64,000 nt of DNA. Source: Octopus sinensis (Eukaryota). The position numbers and the translations under genes were made by a program. Positions 25,501 through 37,629 of this stretch are shown piece by piece (position 1 is the stretch's first letter; the number at the start of each line of letters is the position of its first letter). The DNA is taken from positions 13,020,001 to 13,084,000 of the forward strand of contig NC_043010.1 in NCBI RefSeq assembly GCF_006345805.1. Direction: 5' to 3'. The notes beneath the pieces are model-generated. The model saw only the letters and a list, made by a program, of their open reading frames with translations, ran no database searches and had not been told where the DNA came from.

Positions 25501-26134
25501 ATATATGTATACACTTGTGTCTCCTTGTCTCGGCATTGTGATAATTGTGAGTATGACTGACACGCAAGTAGTGCCATTCATTTCAGATATTCTGTGAAAA
25601 GCATGTTTGGTCATTCGGAAATATCACCTTGTTGGGAAGCAGGCGAGTGTTGGCAACAAGAAGGGCAAGCATCCATTGTAGAAAGTCTACCTCAATAAAC
25701 TCTGTTTGAACCATGCAAGCATGGAAAAGAGGACACTGAAATGTTGATGATGGTAGTTCAAGTCTATTGATTATAGACATTATCCAGCAAATACAGTTAG
25801 CGTATTAGGTGTATATTATAGAAGATGGGCAAAAAATTGTAACCTCATCTACAAGAATGGAACCTCGTGTCTGTTGTAAACAGTATAACTATCATAACCA
25901 CCACACCAAAGTGATTATGCATCTCCAATCATCCAAATTAGAAGACTTAACCTAACAAGCTGGTTTCCTAATAACCACACCCTGTGTCAAAAAATAGCAT
26001 CACCTTTATCTAGTACAGAAAAAGATACCTGCTGTAAACTGCATATCTGTTCAAACCACAACACCAAAGGAATATCATAACTTTGACCATGCAAACTAGG
26101 ATTCATGGATGTTTATAGTTATATTGGACTACTT

Positions 26135-26545
26135 GGCGGCGAGCTGGCAGAGTTCTTAGCATGCCGGAGGAAATGCTTAGTGGTATTTCGTCTGCCGCTA
26201 CGTTCTGAGTTCAAATTCCACCGGGATCGACTTTGCCTTTCATCCTTTTGGGGTCGATTAAATAAGTACCAGTTGAGTACTGGGGTCGATATAATCGACT
26301 TAATCCGTTTGTCTGTCCTTGTTTGTCCTCTGTGTTTAGCCCCCTGTGGGTAGTAAAGAAATAGGTATTTTGTCTGCCGTTACATTCTGATTTCAAATTC
26401 CGCCGAAGTCGTCTTTGCCTTTCATCCTTCCGGGGTCGATAAATTAAGTACCAGTTATGCACTGGGGTCGATGTGATCGACTTAATACCTTTGTCTGTCC
26501 TTGTTTGTCCCCTCTATGTTTAGCCCCTTGTGGGTAATAAAGAAA
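26135..26545 (+). mobile_element. SINE B1 with a second head-truncated unit in tandem
   Basis: Tail AAAGAAATAGG runs directly into TATTTTGTCTGCCG at about 26365. Confidence 0.92.
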
Positions 26546-27303
26546 TATATATTGGATTACTTGATAGGGTGCATAGCTTGGAGATCAGGGTGTCTGAACC
26601 TGATGAGCAGCTATTTCTCTGCATTGAGAGGCCACAGCTCTGGTACTAGGAACTTTCTGGTGACTATAAAGAATTCTTCAAGCCAAGTCAACTAGCAGGA
26701 GACCTAGAGGGGAGATAATATCCTCAGTTTTAGTTCACAATGCTTGAGAATCCAGCCAAAAAGTCTATTGATGGTTGCTTTTGAAAGAATCTTGTAGAGA
26801 AGGTACCTGAACACTCTACCTCCATGAACCTCCCGGGAAGAGTGAGTGGTGAAAATAGATGGACAGACAGACAGACAGAATATGTTATGAGAATAAATGT
26901 TGGAGGACATAAAATTGGTGTTCATTCTGAAATGAAAAGCTAGTCAAAGATATCTAGCCATTACTCAACAGGGTACAGACTATGCAAATGATATTACAAT
27001 GATATTTAATACACTAGTTAATAGTAATTCTACCAAGCAAGTAGGGCTATGTTCATCAATGTAACAAAAACTGTGACTAATTTGCATATCAAGAGAGAGA
27101 GAGAGGAGGGGAAGCAGCATATATAAGAAATATACATATACAGAGAGGGAGCAGGAAAAAAGATTGTGGTAAATACATAGAGAGAGGGGAAAAGTGCAAA
27201 AGACAGAGAGAGATAGATAGACAGATAGAGAGAACTAGATTGACAGTTAAAAGATGTGACACGCACACACACACAAATGTAAACACACTCAGGTAATTGT
27301 GAA

Positions 27304-27523
27304 CCCTTCCATTACTGTATTTATTTTGAGATGCTCTGTGTTTCTTTCAATTATTTTAAATATAACAAAGAATTTAGTAAAATAACTTAGTTATTATTAA
27401 GCTAGTGTTAGGAATGTAAATTGTGACTAAAGCTTGGTGGAATATTTTAATTCAAAACTTATGAAAACAAGACATTTTACCACAGAGCCAGAGCTGGTTT
27501 TGGCCAGGTTAGTAACAAAAGGG
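27304..27523 (-). mobile_element. piggyBac-type MITE
   Basis: CCCTT..AAGGG ends with right TTAA; same body as 35393-35612. Confidence 0.85.
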
Positions 27524-27595
27524 TTAAGATTGGCATTCAATGTTGATTACAGAAGTTGAGTTGTTTCTCATAGCAAATTATATTCTTTGAATACA

Positions 27596-27830
27596 AGGCG
27601 GCGAGCTGGCAGAATCATTAGCACGCCGGGCGAAATGCATAGCCGTATTTCGTCTGCCGTTACGTTCTGAGTTCAAATTCCGCCGCGGTCGACTTTGCCT
27701 TTCATCCTTTCGTGGGTCGATAAATTAAGTACCAGTTACGCACTGGGGTCGATGTAATCGAGTTAATCCGTTTGTCTGTCCTTGTTTGTCCTCTCTGTGT
27801 TTAGCCCCTTGTGGGTAGTAAAGAAATATA
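27596..27830 (+). mobile_element. SINE family B1
   Basis: Family consensus match. Confidence 0.95.
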
Positions 27831-28106
27831 TATTCTTTGAATACAAATAACCAAAAAGCTGTGATGTAGATTTTGAAAATCAAATCTGCTTTTCTCTAAG
27901 AGGCACTGTTTCAAAGCCTTTTGGTAACATACAGACATACACTCTCATTTATAAAATAGACCATATAAGGAAATACTCTGCATGTGTGCAAAGAATGTAA
28001 TGCGGTACTAAAATTAATAGAGCTCAATGAAATACCCCTACCTGACTGAAATACCTACTAGGGTGCAAAGCAGTGACTAAAGTGTTTAAAGGCAGTACCC
28101 CAGTAA

Positions 28107-28705
28107 AAGAGTGGCTGTGTGGTAAGTAGCTTGCTAACCAACCACATGGTTCCAGGTTCAGTCCCACTGCGTGGCACCTTGGGCAAGTGTCTTCTACTAT
28201 AGCCTTGGGCTGACCAAAATCTTGAGAGTGGATTTGGTAGACGGAAACTGAAAGAAGCCTGTCATATGTGTGTGTGTGCTTGTGTGTTTTGTCTTCCCAA
28301 CATCGCTTGACAACCGATGCTGGTGTGTTTATGTCCCTGTAGCTTAGCGGTTCAGCAAAAGAGACCGATAGAATAAGCACTAGGCTCACAAAGAATAAGT
28401 CCCGGGGTCGAGTTGCTCGATTGAAGGCGGTGCTCCAGCATGGCCGCAGTCAACTGACTGAAACAAGTAAAGGAGTAAAAGAGTATATATGCGTGTGTGT
28501 GTTTGTGTGTCTGTGTTTGTCCCCCTAGCATTGCTTGACAACCGATGCTGGTGTGTTTATGTCCCCGTTACTTAGCGGTTCGGCAAAAAAGACCGTTAGA
28601 ATAAGTACTGGGCTTACAAAGAATAAGTCCCGGGTCGAGTTGCTCGACTAAAGGCGGTGCTCCAGCATGGCCGCAGTGAAATGACTGAAACAAGTAAAAG
28701 AGTAA
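28107..28705 (+). mobile_element. SINE family A plus tandem second 3' half
   Basis: Tail present twice (ends at about 28485 and 28705). Confidence 0.92.
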
Positions 28706-28933
28706 GCAGAATGTAGGCATGCTGCAGACTTTTAAAAATATAATTCTAGGCTTTAGATAATTTTTATTACTAGGTGAACATCTTTAAAAATCATGTTATC
28801 GGCTATCGTTTCTGTGTGTGTGTGCAAAATAGTATAACGAGTTATGTCCCTTAACATCAAAACTGTAACGTAGCAATACTCTTTTCCACACTAGAACACA
28901 AGGCCCGAAATTTTGGGGGTGAGGAGGCCAGTC

Positions 28934-29209
28934 GGATCTTTTCAGTTTGAACGGCAGTTTTTTCTAGCAGTGTCATATGAAATTGTCACCAATAATTATG
29001 ACCCTAGTATCGATCTATTGCATTTCAATCTGTTTTAGGGTTAGGGGTGGGGGAAGGGTATTTTTTTTCTTCACAAATGTAAATAAACCCAATCTGTTTC
29101 TTAAACGAGGGACATATTCATAAGGGCACAGAATGTTTTCACCTCAATAGACGTCATTGATTGGTTGAAATTGCAGAAATTGAAGAAAAACAACAACAAA
29201 TATCTTACA
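28934..29209 (+). mobile_element. GGATC-ended MITE, left part, truncated at a Gypsy fragment
   Basis: TIR GGATCTTTTCAGTTTGAACGGCAG; body matches 23232-24030. Confidence 0.88.
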
Positions 29210-29965
29210 TATGCATTAAAAGTTCTTCGGAGAAATATTCTCCTAGAGAAATACGACACCTTTATTTTATTTCACAATTTACTGTGGATATACGTTATAT
29301 CTATTTCTTTACTACCCAACAAGGGGCTAAACACAGAGAGGACGAACAAGGACAAACGGATTAAGTCGATTATATCGACTCCAGTGCATAACTGGTACTT
29401 ATTTAATCGACCACGAAAGGATGAAAGGCAAAGTGGACCTCGGCGGAATTTGAACTCAGAACGTAATGGCAGACGAAATACCGCTAAAGCATTTCGCCCG
29501 GTGTACTAATGTTTCTGCTAGCTTGCCGCCTGATATACGTTATATCAAGGGTGTTGAAAATTCAGCAGTAGATGCACTTTCTAGAATGAATGTAGATGCA
29601 TTAAATTCGCTAAACACAATAAATTTGGAAGAAATGTTTAAGGATCAAGTTGCGGATAAAGAATTTTCTTTACATAAAAATTCCAATTCAACTTTAAAAT
29701 TTAAAATGTTGCCGATCCATTCGTGTAATTCACATATTTGGTGTGATATTTCTACAGGTTTTTCGAGACCTGAAAAGCATAGAAAAGTTGTTTTCTCTAG
29801 CTTACATAATTTATCTCATCAGGTATAGAAGCTTCATTGAAATTAATATCAAGTCGTTTTGTTTGGCCTGGTATGAATAAAGATATTCGTTCCTGGGTCA
29901 AATCATGTATGCAGTGTCAAAAATCAAAAGTACATCGTCATATCAAAGCACCATTTGAAAATAAT
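29204..29965 (+). pseudogene. Ty3/Gypsy pol fragment (end of RNase H, linker, integrase HHCC zinc finger)
   Basis: LTYALK..SEKYSPREIRHLYFISQFTVDIRYI[SINE]KGVENSAVDALSR...LHNLSH/GIEASLKLISSRFVWPGMNKDIRSWVKSCMQCQKSKVHRH. Confidence 0.92.
29302..29531 (-). mobile_element. SINE B1 inserted in Gypsy pol with 15-bp TSD
   Basis: GATATACGTTATATC at 29287-29301 and 29532-29546. Confidence 0.95.
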
Positions 29966-29967
29966 AT

Positions 29968-30020
29968 ATATTGAAAAAAATATATATTGAAAAAAATATA
30001 TATTGAAAAAAATGTATATT
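29968..30020. repeat. 16-bp AT-rich tandem repeat (ATATATTGAAAAAAAT), about 3.5 copies
   Basis: Direct inspection. Confidence 0.85.
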
Positions 30021-30240
30021 ACGAATTTCTTTTTCGCAAAATTTTAACAATTTTTTTGGCAAAAGGCTGATGTAACAAATAGCCATTTTAGCTATATTGA
30101 AATGGTATCTTTATTACGATCATTGATGATCATATACAGAATGGAACAATACAGGACAAACAAAAGACAAAAATGTTTACATGTGTTCGAATGATTTAAA
30201 TATTAAAAATTTACTTAAAAAGTATTTTGGAGTGGCTCAT

Positions 30241-30629
30241 AGGCGCAGGAGTGGCTGTGTGGTAAGTAGCTTGCTAACCAACCATATGGTTCCGGGTTCA
30301 GTCCCACTGCGTGGCATCTTGGGCAAGTGTCTTCTGCTATAGCCCCGGGCCGACCAATGCCTTGTGAGTGGATTTGGTAAACGGAAACTGAAAGAAGCCT
30401 GTCGTTTATATGTGTTTGTGTGTCTGTGTTTGTCCCCCTAGCATTGCTTGACAACCGATGCTGGTGTGTTTACGTCCCCGTCACTAGCGGTTCGGCAAAA
30501 AGAGACCGATAGAATAAGTACTGGGCTTACAAAGAATAAGTCCCGGGGTCGATTTGCTCGACTAAAGGCGGTGCTCCAGCATGGCTGCAGTCAAATGACT
30601 GAAACAAGTAAAAGAGAGTAAAAGAGAGT
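30241..30629 (+). mobile_element. SINE family A, full length
   Basis: Family consensus match. Confidence 0.95.
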
Positions 30630-30639
30630 TTACCGATTA

Positions 30640-31355
30640 AATTTCCTTCAACTAGAACTTTTTTTAAATAAAACTAGAACAAAGAAAGAAAAACGAACAA
30701 AAAGGTTAAAAGATCGAACCCGGCAACCTATAAAGCCCAGCAACGATCTTTTCCTTTCATCAATGATTAAGCTGGGTTACTAACACCCACCTTTCTCATC
30801 ACATCCTTTCATCGTTTCTCGTATTCTCTCGGTGGTAGGGTCCTCCTCTCCAACCCCATCTTGCAGGCGGTGCGAGCTGGCAGAAACGTTAGCACGCCGG
30901 GCGAAATGCGTAGCTGTATTACGTCTGTCGTTATATTGTGAGTTCAAGTTCCGCCGGGGTCGATAAATTAAGTACCAGTTACGCACTGGGGTCGATGTAA
31001 TCGACTTAATACCTATGTCTGTCCTTGTTTGTCCTCTCTGTGTTTAGCCCCTCGTGGGTAATAAAGAAATAGGTATCTGAAGTAAGACAGTAAACTGGGG
31101 CCAGAGATGAAGGACCCTTTCACCGAACCTTCCATTCTCGTTCTCCAAACACACTCTTTCAGTACTGCAACCGTACAGTAAAAACAAACCTTACCTTCCT
31201 TTGAGAGTCCAGTTGGCGGTATCATCTTTATCATAGATTCAGCTGACAGCTGTACTCGCCCCAGATGTGACAGCACGTGTTCGACCTAACTTATCAAGCT
31301 GGATAGCTCCCGACATTGTACAATAGCATGCTGGACAGTTTCCTTGTCCACCCCG
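30640..31355 (-). pseudogene. Tx1/L1-like LINE ORF2 C-terminus and 3' UTR, split by SINE B1 (about 30871-31078, plus)
   Basis: CGVDKETVQHAIVQC (CxxxxEtxxHxxxxC zinc-knuckle tail)..*VEHVLSHLGRVQLSAES..GKVCFYCTVAVLKECVWRTR..FRY, resuming KMGLERRTLPPREYEKR* beyond the SINE. Confidence 0.7.
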
Positions 31356-31859
31356 CATCTTAGTTATTTTGAAATACGGCGCGAATTGGCAATATGACGT
31401 AATGTCGTATTGCCGAAGAATGATTATTTTCGTTTTTTCCATTGGTTAATATAACTGCTCATATAAGGATTCTAAAAGGTTACGTAAAGAATATTTGTAA
31501 TGGATTTCGATTCTTTTCAGTCAAGTTGAGCAGTTATAAAAACCCTGGATTTTAGGAAAAACTTTAGTGTTTTGTTGGATGTAACTGAACTCCACGACAC
31601 TCACTCCTTTGAGACATTGGTAATTTTCATGCCATGTCCAAAGATAATCACAAGTCTATTTTGATTTGTTGATTAATATATATTAGTTAGATTTACGAAT
31701 TAGTTAATGAATATATAGTCGTACTTCTACACGACGGAAATTGTCTTTCCTTTCTAATGTAAATAATATAAAATGTTATATTTATATAATAAAACTAATT
31801 AAGAAAATGTTTCTCTTCACGTTTTTTATCAACTGAGTATAAATAAATATGCATTTCTG

Positions 31860-32405
31860 GGATCTTTTCCTTTTGAACGGCAGTTTTCGTATACTGGTAG
31901 AATGTGTCAAAATAAAACATTTTTTTTCTCTTGGCTTTCTTGAGAAAATTGTAATTTGTAAGTTTAACGTTGTTCAATTTTTCGAATTTTAACCAATTGA
32001 TGGCCTCTATTGAGCTAAAATTATTTGCTGCGTCTAAAACTGAGACAACATCCTGTCACTAACCCTAACCCTAAATTTTAGCCTTTCGTTTCTTTTTTCT
32101 TAATTGTTATCCTTAAATTAATTTAACAATTAAGAAAAAAAACGAAAGGCTAAAATTTAGGGTTAGGGTTAGTGACAGGATGTTGTCTCATTTTTAGACG
32201 CAGCAAATGATTTTAGCTCAATAGAGGCCATCGATTGGTTAAAATTCGAAAAATTAAACTACGTTAAACTTACAAATTACAATTTTCTCAAGAAATCCAG
32301 GAGAAAGAATGTTTTATTTGACACGTTCTACCAGTATACGAAGTTTAAAAGTGTTTAGTTTACTAGAAATTGTGTTGAAAACTGCCTTTCAAAAGGAAAA
32401 GATCT
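31860..32405. mobile_element. Fold-back MITE with GGATC termini and about 250-bp inverted arms
   Basis: Arms meet at about 32105-32120; the left arm has an internal deletion; TIR related to the 23232 family. Confidence 0.88.
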
Positions 32406-32826
32406 TAAACCCAATCTGTTTCTTAAACGAGGGACATATTCATACGGCACAGACTGTTTTCACCTCAATAGACGTCATTGAATGGTTGAAATTGCAGAAA
32501 TTGAAGAAAAAACAACCAACAAATATCTTACAAACAATAGAATTTTCTCAATAAAGCCAAGAGAAAATGATGTTTTATAAACACATTCTACCAGTATACG
32601 AAGTTTAAAAGTGTTTAGTTACGTGGAATTATTTTTAAAAACTGCCGTTCAAACCGAAAAGATCCTGGGTTTATTTACATTTGTGAAGAAAGAAAAGATA
32701 CCCTTCCCCCCACCCCTAACCCTAAAACACATTGAAATGCAATAGATCAATACTAGGGTCATAATTATGGGTGACAATTTCATATGACATCGCTAGAAAA
32801 AACTGCCGTTCAAACCGAAAAAATCC
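32406..32826. mobile_element. GGATC-ended MITE with its two halves in opposite orientation
   Basis: 32406-32665 is the right half (plus); 32666-32826 is the left half inverted; TAAACCCA and TGGGTTTA at the breakpoints. Confidence 0.88.
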
Positions 32827-32869
32827 TGTCTTTAAACCTTTTATTAAAACAAGATAATAAAAACAATTT

Positions 32870-32950
32870 TCAAATGTTCTTTCGCGTTACGTCGTTTTTC
32901 TTGCGGAATCACGTGGCTTGGAACCAATTACCGCCGTAACTTGAGGTATG
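32870..32950 (+). promoter_or_regulatory. Possible CpG-rich promoter or non-coding first exon
   Basis: Non-repeat CpG cluster, CACGTG E-box, CCAAT, donor-like TTGAG|GTATGC at about 32945. Confidence 0.3.
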
Positions 32951-33059
32951 CCTGTATAGTCACGTCATCTAATAACATAGTGTATAATAGCAGTGGTGTA
33001 AGAGTTGCGTCCCTTTAATGGCTTTTCAAATTCAAGTTTGTTAATAATAAAAATATTTC

Positions 33060-33657
33060 ATTCAAATTTTGATATAAGGCCAGCAGTTTTACTGTGAAAG
33101 AGTTGTTGATTTTATCAGTCTCTGTTCTTGGGTGGTACTTTATTGTTGACCTCGAAGGGTTGAAAGGTCAAGCTGACATCAACAGCATTTTAGCTCATTT
33201 GACGGAATTTGAACTCAGGACGTAAAGACAGATGAAATACCTATTTCTTTACTACCCACAAGGGGCTAAACACAGAGGGAACAAACAAGGACAGACAAAC
33301 GGATTAAGTCGATTATATCGACCCCAGTGCGTAACTGGTGCTTTATTTATCGACTCCGAAAGGATAAAAGGCAAAGTCGACCTTGGTGGAATTTGAACTC
33401 AGAACGTAGCGGCAGACGAAATACCTATTTCTTTATTACCCACAAGGAGCTAAACACAGAAGGGAGAAATAAGGACAGACAAACGGATTAAGTCGATTAT
33501 ATCAACCCCAGTGCGTAACTGGTACTTATTTAATCGACCCCGAAAGGATGAAAGGCAAAGTTGACCTTGGTGGAATTTGAACTCAGAACGTAGCAGCAGA
33601 TGAAATACTGCTAAGTATTACTCCTGGCATGCTAACATTTCTGCCAGCTCGCCGCCT
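33060..33657 (-). mobile_element. SINE B1 tandem array (one head plus about 2.5 further units), overlapping a B2 remnant
   Basis: Junction GACGAAATACCTATTTCTTT recurs at about 33240 and 33420. Confidence 0.92.
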
Positions 33658-33802
33658 TTCTGTTGGACAAATATTTATGACAGCAGAATGGCAATAACAA
33701 ACAGGGGAGTTCTGGCTTTTTTTTATTGTTCAATTTTTTTGTTGCATTAATTTACTTCTCTTTATGTTTTGAGTTCAAATCCCAGTAGCTTTCACAAATC
33801 TC

Positions 33803-34020
33803 TCTTTACTCTTTTACTTGTTTCAGTCATTTGACTGCGGCCATGCTGGAGCACCGCCTTTAATCGAGCAACTCGACCCCGGGACTTATTCTTTTGTAAG
33901 CCCAGTACTTATTCCATCGGTCTCTTTTGCCGAACCGCTAAGTAACGGGGGACATAAACACACCAGCATCGGTTGTCAAGCGATGCTAGGGGGACAAACA
34001 CAGACATACAAACACACACA

Positions 34021-34057
<37 letters not shown>

Positions 34058-34219
34058 GACGGGCTTCTTTCAGTTTCCGTCAATCAAATCCACTCACAAG
34101 GCTTTGGTCGGCCCGAAGCTATAGTAGAAGACACTTGCCCAAGGTGCCACGCAGTGGGACTGAACCCGGGACCATGTGGTTGGTAAACAAGCTACTTACC
34201 ACACAGCCACTCCTGCGCC
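33803..34219 (-). mobile_element. SINE family A, full length, close to consensus
   Basis: Family consensus match. Confidence 0.96.
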
Positions 34220-34447
34220 TGCCTTGTATTTTTCATGCAAGATAAAATAGTACTAGTTATTGTTAAGCTCCAGGCCAGTCTTGATTGTTCAGAATTGTCT
34301 TACCATCATAATAGGTCCTGGGCAAAAATCAATGCCCTGGACCTGACATTGTTTATTCATTGGCAGTAAACCACAGCATACATAGACTGGAAATGGGCTC
34401 CTAGACTCATGTGGCCCCTAGACACATATCAGTGCACTGAACTATAT

Positions 34448-34802
34448 ACTCTTTACTCTTTTACTCTTTTACTTGTTTCAGTCATTTGACTGCGGCCATG
34501 CTGGAGCACCGCCTTTTTTAATCGAGCAACTCGACCCCGGGACTTATTCTTTTGTAAGCCCAGTACTTATTCTATTGGTCTCTTTTGCCGAACCGCTAAG
34601 TGACGGGGACATAAACACACCAGCATCGGTTGTCAAGCAATGCTAGGGGACAACCACAGACACACAAACACATACACACACACTTATATATATATATATA
34701 TATATACGACGGGCTTCTTTCAGTTTCCGTCTACCAAATCCACTCACAAGGCATTGGTCGGCCCGGGGCTATAGCAGAAGACACTTGCCCAAGATGCCAC
34801 GC
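34448..34802 (-). mobile_element. SINE family A, 5'-truncated
   Basis: Family consensus match. Confidence 0.93.
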
Positions 34803-35392
34803 ATATAATATTTATTTCTTGACAGCAAGCCACAGAATACATAGATCGCAAATAGGTCACTGGACTTGTCCCAATGTGCCCATGCCTTAAAACAGCAAAG
34901 GTTTCCAGCCATGACCACACAGTTTTTTTTTTTTTGGTGGTGTGTTTTGGACCATATTATCGTGATTAGACAAGAAAGGAGTAATACAATTCTAGGCCTC
35001 TAACACTGGTGGGATGAAAGAATAGAGGGGTTAGAGTAAAAGTAGGGACCTAGCCAAAATGATTACAACAGATTAAAAATAATAACAGTCATTGATAATA
35101 AAACTATTTTCTACACCACATAACTACTTCTAATTAGATTTTTGTTGGTCAACATGTTAAATATATTGGTTTCAAATTTTGGCACAAGGCAAGCAATTTT
35201 GGGAGAGGGGTTAAGTCGATTAGATCAAACCCAGTATTCAACTGGTACTTAATTCATCAATCCTGAAAGAATGAAAGTCAGAGCTGACCTCAGCAGAATT
35301 TGAACTCAGAACATAAAGACAGACAAAATGCCACTAAACATTTTTCCCAGCATGCTAACAATTCTACCAACTTGCTGCCTTCAACACATTAA

Positions 35393-35612
35393 CCCTTTCG
35401 TTACCAACCCGGCTGAAACCGGCTCTGACTCTGAGTACAAATGTCTTGTTTTCATAAGTTTTGAATTAAAATCTTCCATCAAACCTTAGTCACAATTTAT
35501 GTTCGTAACACCAGCTGAATGATAACTAAGTTATTTTACTAAATTCTTTGTTATATTTAAAGTAATTGAAATTAGCACAGAGCTTCTCAAAATAAATACA
35601 GTAACGAAAGGG
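35393..35612 (+). mobile_element. piggyBac-type MITE, intact
   Basis: TTAA TSD on both sides; 12-bp TIR CCCTTTCGTTAC/GTAACGAAAGGG. Confidence 0.93.
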
Positions 35613-36589
35613 TTAAATATATTGACATTTCTTTAACTTTGTTTGGCCGCATGAATCTTCTGTCAAAACTTGCCTACCTTTGTACACCCTCTGTCTCTCA
35701 TTTTCTGGATTAAAAGCATCCCCACAGATTACACCAGGACTATAGAACAAGACTCTTGCCTAAGGTGCTCTAACACCCTTTCGCCAACATCCTTATCTTC
35801 TTTCCAGCAACTCCCACCCTCTTCTATATAACGTGATATAACCAAATACCTCCTCTCTACCAAGACACCTGTGCCTGTCCCTCTATCATGAGAAAACGGC
35901 CATGCTGGAGCACCACCATGAAGTGATTTTAGTCAAATTAATCAAAACCAGTACTTATGTGTTTTTTAAAAACCTGGTAATTCCTCTATCAGAGTCTTTT
36001 GCCAGCCAAAACACTAAGCCATAGGGACGTAAACAAACCAACACCAGCTGTCAAGCAATGGCAGGAGACAAGCACAGGGACAAAGACACACACACACCCA
36101 CAGTCACACAAAGACACACGTGTGCACACACATGCGCACACACGCAAATACATGCACAGACACATATATGTATAGGACAGGCTTCTTTCAGTTTCCGTCC
36201 ATCAAATCCACTCACAAAGCTATCCTGCTTCAGCCTCTCACCTAGAATAAAGCCACCTTTCCTTCTACTATACAACTCCACTGAGCTAAGTGGGGGGGAA
36301 TTATTCTTCCTCTTTTTTTTCATTGTCTTGCAAGGTACCTGGTGACCACAACTGATATCAGTGTCACAGATAAAAGAAAAAAGTACCCAGTACACTCTGT
36401 AAAGTGGTTGGCATTAGGAAGGACATCCAGCCGTAGAAACCATGGCAAAAGAGACATAGGAGCTCAATGCAGCCTTGTGGATCATTGGATCCCTTCAAAA
36501 TGTCCAAACCGTGCCAGCATGAAAGATAGACGTTAAGTGACGATCACCATAACAATGATCGTGGTGCGATGATGATGATGATGGTGGTA

Positions 36590-36822
36590 AGGCGGCGAGC
36601 TGGCAGAAATATTAGCATGCCGGGCAAAATGCGTAGCCGTATTTCGTCTGCCGTTACGTTCTGAGTTCAAATTCCGCCGAGGTTGACTTTGCCTTTCATC
36701 CTTTCAAGGTCAATAAATTAAGCACCAGTTACGCACTGGGGTCAATATAATCAACTTAATCCGTCTGTTTGTCCTTGTTTGTCCCCTCTGTGTTTAGCCC
36801 CTTGTGGGTAGTAAAGAAATAG
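36590..36822 (+). mobile_element. SINE family B1
   Basis: Family consensus match. Confidence 0.94.
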
Positions 36823-37629
36823 GTGGTGGTGGTGGTGGTGTTGGTGATGGTGATGGTGATGATGATGATGATGATGGAGGAGGAGGAGATGATAATGAAG
36901 ATGTAATTGTGAACACGTTTCAAAGAAAAAGGGAGACAATTTCAAGAAATTTGGAATTCATCTCAAAGTTAATTTACATGCTTCGGTTATGTTGTGCAAT
37001 CTGCGACTAACACACTGCTTCGGTTGCCAAGGTGACAAAACTTGTATGATGGTGAGAGTTTTTAGACTGAGTTTGTTTGGTTCTGAAGAGAACTGGAGAC
37101 TGGTTCTTGATGGAGAAGCTTTAAGACGTAAGAGATGTGTCAAAGTCTTGTCCAACAAGACCTCAGCATATCACAACAGCAACAACAACAACAACAAATA
37201 AAAAACATGGTAGTTTTTTGGGGGTTTTTTTACATTTTTCTATGAATTTTAAATGTAAATTGATGTCAGAGCTTTATAACAACTTTTAACTCTTTAACAC
37301 TTAAACCACCAGCCTACATATTTTATATTCAAACTGGTCAGATCTAGACCCTCACAAATTATATTCTACAAATAAACAATCACATCTTCAACATCTCAAT
37401 GCTAGAAGATAATGGCAGGATTAATTCAAAACAATGCAAATCAATAAGCATTTCAATTGGCAGACTAATCCGAAGGGTTAAATATCCAGTTGCTTCATAA
37501 GATTCTTTTTCATCATCTTTATCATCCTCACTATGGCAACCATTTCCATCACCACTAATATTTCCACTACCACCACCATCATCATCGTCATTATCATTAT
37601 TATCACCACTGTGTCTGGTATTCATATCT

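Noticed and set aside
26600-26640. Hammerhead-like CTGATGA with a GCAG/CTGC stem
   Set aside because: No GAAA after the stem and no stem I or III.
26560-26840. GC-richer unique island, possible exon or LINE relic
   Set aside because: No frame gave a recognisable motif or a consistent splice pair; left unannotated.
31195-31360. Minus-strand first exon ending at a strong AAG|GTAAGG donor
   Set aside because: The reading frame runs straight through the donor as Tx1/L1-like ORF2 sequence and resumes beyond the nested SINE, so the LINE explanation is better.
33818-34245. Recurring ORFs such as DGLLSVSVYQIHSQGFGRPEAIVEDTCPRCHAVGLNPEPCGW
   Set aside because: Antisense readings of SINE family A, repeated at every copy.
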